This document shows positions 14,865 to 16,884 of a DNA stretch of 16,884 nt, one piece after another. The DNA lies in the NCBI GenBank assembly GCA_964252075.1, contig CAXULY010000045.1:24334-41217 (forward strand). Reading direction: 5' to 3'. How positions within the stretch are numbered: position 1 is the first letter of the stretch; each line of letters opens with the position of its first letter. Under the pieces are notes generated by a model, which did no database searches, was not told the DNA's origin, and saw nothing but the letters and a program-made list of their open reading frames with translations. This stretch comes from an uncultured Deinococcaceae bacterium (lineage in GTDB: Bacteria; Deinococcota; Deinococci; Deinococcales; Deinococcaceae). The translations under genes were made by a program, and so were the position numbers.

Positions 14865-16745
14865 ATGGTTCGCCCCACCCACCCCCGCCCCCAACTGCAA
14901 CGGTCCCACTGGCAGTCCCTGGATGGGCCCTGGCAGTTCGCCTTCGGAAACCCGCAGCGGTGGCCCACGCCGCAGGACGTGCAGTTCGATCGCATGATCG
15001 AAGTGCCGTACCCCCCGGAGAGTGAAGCCAGCGGCATCCACGACCCGACCTTCCACCACACCCTGTGGTACCGCCGGCAGGTGCCCCCTTCGCTCATCGA
15101 AGCGGCCGGACCGCACGATCAGCTGTACCTGCACTTCGGGGCCGTCGATTACCAAGCGACGGTTTGGGTGAACGGGCAACAGGTCGCGGAGCACGAAGGC
15201 GGCCACACGCCCTTCAGTGCCCACCTCGCCGGCGTCCACGTCCCCGGTGAGGCCCTGGAGATCGTCGTCCGCGCCATTGACGACCCGCACGACCTCGCCA
15301 AGCCGCGCGGCAAGCAGGACTGGGAACTCGAGCCGCACGACATCTGGTACCCACGCACCAGCGGCATCTGGCAGACCGTCTGGCTGGAATCCCGACCCTC
15401 CACCCACCTGCAGCAGGTGGTCTGGACGCCCAACGTCGAGCGCTGGCACGTGGCGCTCCAGGCGCGCATCCACGGCGACCTCCCAGCGGGCCTTCGCCTG
15501 CGGGTGCAGTTGCGGGCCGACGGCACCGTCCTGGCCGACGACGACCACCTGGTGACGCACCCGGACCTCAGCCGCGTCATTGCGCTTCAGGACGCCGGCA
15601 TCGACATCGCCCGCCGTCAACTGATGTGGACCCCGGAACACCCGCAGCTGCTCGAAGCGACCCTGGAACTGCACCTGGACGGGCAGGTCATCGACCAGGT
15701 CCACAGCTACACCGCCCTGCGGTCCGTGACGGTCGATGCGCAGCACTTCCTCCTCAACGGACGGCCTTACCCGCTGAAGATGGTGCTCGACCAGGGGTAC
15801 TGGCCGCAGAGCCTGATGACCGCCACCGACGACCAGCTGCGCCGCGACGTGGAACTGACCCGCCTGCTGGGCTTCAACGGCGCGCGCAAGCACCAGAAGA
15901 TTGAAAACCCCCGCTACCTGTACTGGTGCGACGTGATCGGCCTGCTGGTGTGGGAGGAACTGCCCAGCGCGTACGTCTTCACCTCCGAGGCCTCCCGGCG
16001 CCTGCTGCGGGAATGGACCGAAACGATCGAGCGGGACCGCTCACACCCCTGCATCGTCGCGTGGGTGCCCATCAACGAATCCTGGGGCGTGCCGGACCTG
16101 CCGCTCGAGCCCGCCCAACGCGACCTGGTCCGCGCCCTGTATTACCTCACCAAATCCCTCGATCCCACACGCCCGGTCATCGGGAACGACGGTTGGGAGT
16201 CGGTGGTGACGGACGTCCTCGCCATTCACGACTACACGCCCGAGCCGCAGCGGCTGCTGGAGCGATACGGCAGCCACGAAGCCCTTCAACACAGCCTCCA
16301 GTTCATCCGCCCGCACCAGCGCCGGATCACCCTGGATCCGGCGCCGCACGCCCCTCAGCCCGCGATGCTCACCGAGTTCGGCGGCATCGCCTTCACCACC
16401 GCCGACGATCCCGGCTGGGGGTACCACCGCGCGCTCACCCCCGAAGACCTGCAGGTCACGTACACCGCCCTGCTGAACGCCGTGCACGAATGCGGCGGCC
16501 TGTCCGGATTCTGTTACACCCAGCTGACCGACACGTTCCAGGAGAAAAACGGCCTGCTCTTTGAGGACCGCACACCGAAAGCCGACCTGGGCGTGCTGGC
16601 CCGCGCGAACCGGGGTGCACGCAGCGCCCAGGAACAGGAAAAGGACCCTGACCTGGACGCCTTCGGGTACGACCGCTTCTGGCGGCGGAAGGTCAGAAAG
16701 GAGACCGCCCGGCCCGCAACGCCCGCGTCCGACCACGCCCACTGA
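14865..16745 (+). CDS. glycoside hydrolase family 2, 626 aa
   Basis: [58 protein letters not shown] (acid/base Glu), LTEFGG (nucleophile); AGGAGG RBS before ATG 14865. Confidence 0.95.
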   Translation: MVRPTHPRPQLQRSHWQSLDGPWQFAFGNPQRWPTPQDVQFDRMIEVPYPPESEASGIHDPTFHHTLWYRRQVPPSLIEAAGPHDQLYLHFGAVDYQATVWVNGQQVAEHEGGHTPFSAHLAGVHVPGEALEIVVRAIDDPHDLAKPRGKQDWELEPHDIWYPRTSGIWQTVWLESRPSTHLQQVVWTPNVERWHVALQARIHGDLPAGLRLRVQLRADGTVLADDDHLVTHPDLSRVIALQDAGIDIARRQLMWTPEHPQLLEATLELHLDGQVIDQVHSYTALRSVTVDAQHFLLNGRPYPLKMVLDQGYWPQSLMTATDDQLRRDVELTRLLGFNGARKHQKIENPRYLYWCDVIGLLVWEELPSAYVFTSEASRRLLREWTETIERDRSHPCIVAWVPINESWGVPDLPLEPAQRDLVRALYYLTKSLDPTRPVIGNDGWESVVTDVLAIHDYTPEPQRLLERYGSHEALQHSLQFIRPHQRRITLDPAPHAPQPAMLTEFGGIAFTTADDPGWGYHRALTPEDLQVTYTALLNAVHECGGLSGFCYTQLTDTFQEKNGLLFEDRTPKADLGVLARANRGARSAQEQEKDPDLDAFGYDRFWRRKVRKETARPATPASDHAH

Positions 16746-16783
16746 CCCCACCCGTCCCGCACGGGTCTTTCGAAGGAGCATCC

Positions 16784-16884
16784 ATGCACCGCACCCTGAT
16801 CCGCACGACCCTCCTCATGGCCACCCTCACCACCGGCGCCTCGGCCCAGACGACGATCACCTTCTGGGACTTCTTCGGCGGCGG
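16784..16884 (+). CDS. sugar ABC transporter extracellular solute-binding protein (5' partial)
   Basis: GAAGGAG RBS; MHRTLIRTTLLMATLTTGASA signal peptide followed by QTTITFWDFFGG. Confidence 0.8.
   Translation, partial: MHRTLIRTTLLMATLTTGASAQTTITFWDFFGG

Noticed and set aside
16750..16770. Hairpin ACCCGT-CCCGC-ACGGGT-CTTT as a terminator
   Set aside because: 6-bp stem, short U-tract, inside an apparent operon 13 nt before the next start; not called
1..16884. CRISPR array, tRNA, rRNA
   Set aside because: No regularly spaced repeats or recognisable structural RNA genes seen by eye

Overview
High-GC bacterial accessory region. It is probably Deinococcus or a relative: this is an inference from several ORFs with a TANNNT-like -10 box 5-7 nt before the start codon (leaderless pattern) and from the style of an integrase remnant. 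Positions 1-6000 hold small hypothetical ORFs plus decayed genes (frameshifted Rcp1/CheY-like receiver, PadR-like fragment, tyrosine-recombinase N-terminal fragment). Positions 6093-13048 hold a putative aromatic ester/phenolic-processing locus made of two mirror-image, paralogous TetR/CocE modules that have decayed reciprocally. Module 1 has an intact CocE/NonD hydrolase, a frameshifted FAD monooxygenase, an SDR epimerase and a dead TetR. Module 2 has an intact TetR, a dead CocE and an intact protein with PhlG-like metal-ligand motifs. Both modules carry a TCAACA-CC-TGTT(G/T)A palindrome over their promoters, and module 2 is bracketed by 120-bp inverted repeats (about 88% identical). Next comes an IS3-family orfA remnant, then an intact sugar-utilisation locus (ArsR/COG4189-type regulator divergent from a GH2 glycosidase and the start of an ABC solute-binding protein). 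All assignments are by-eye motif recognition; no database search was run.
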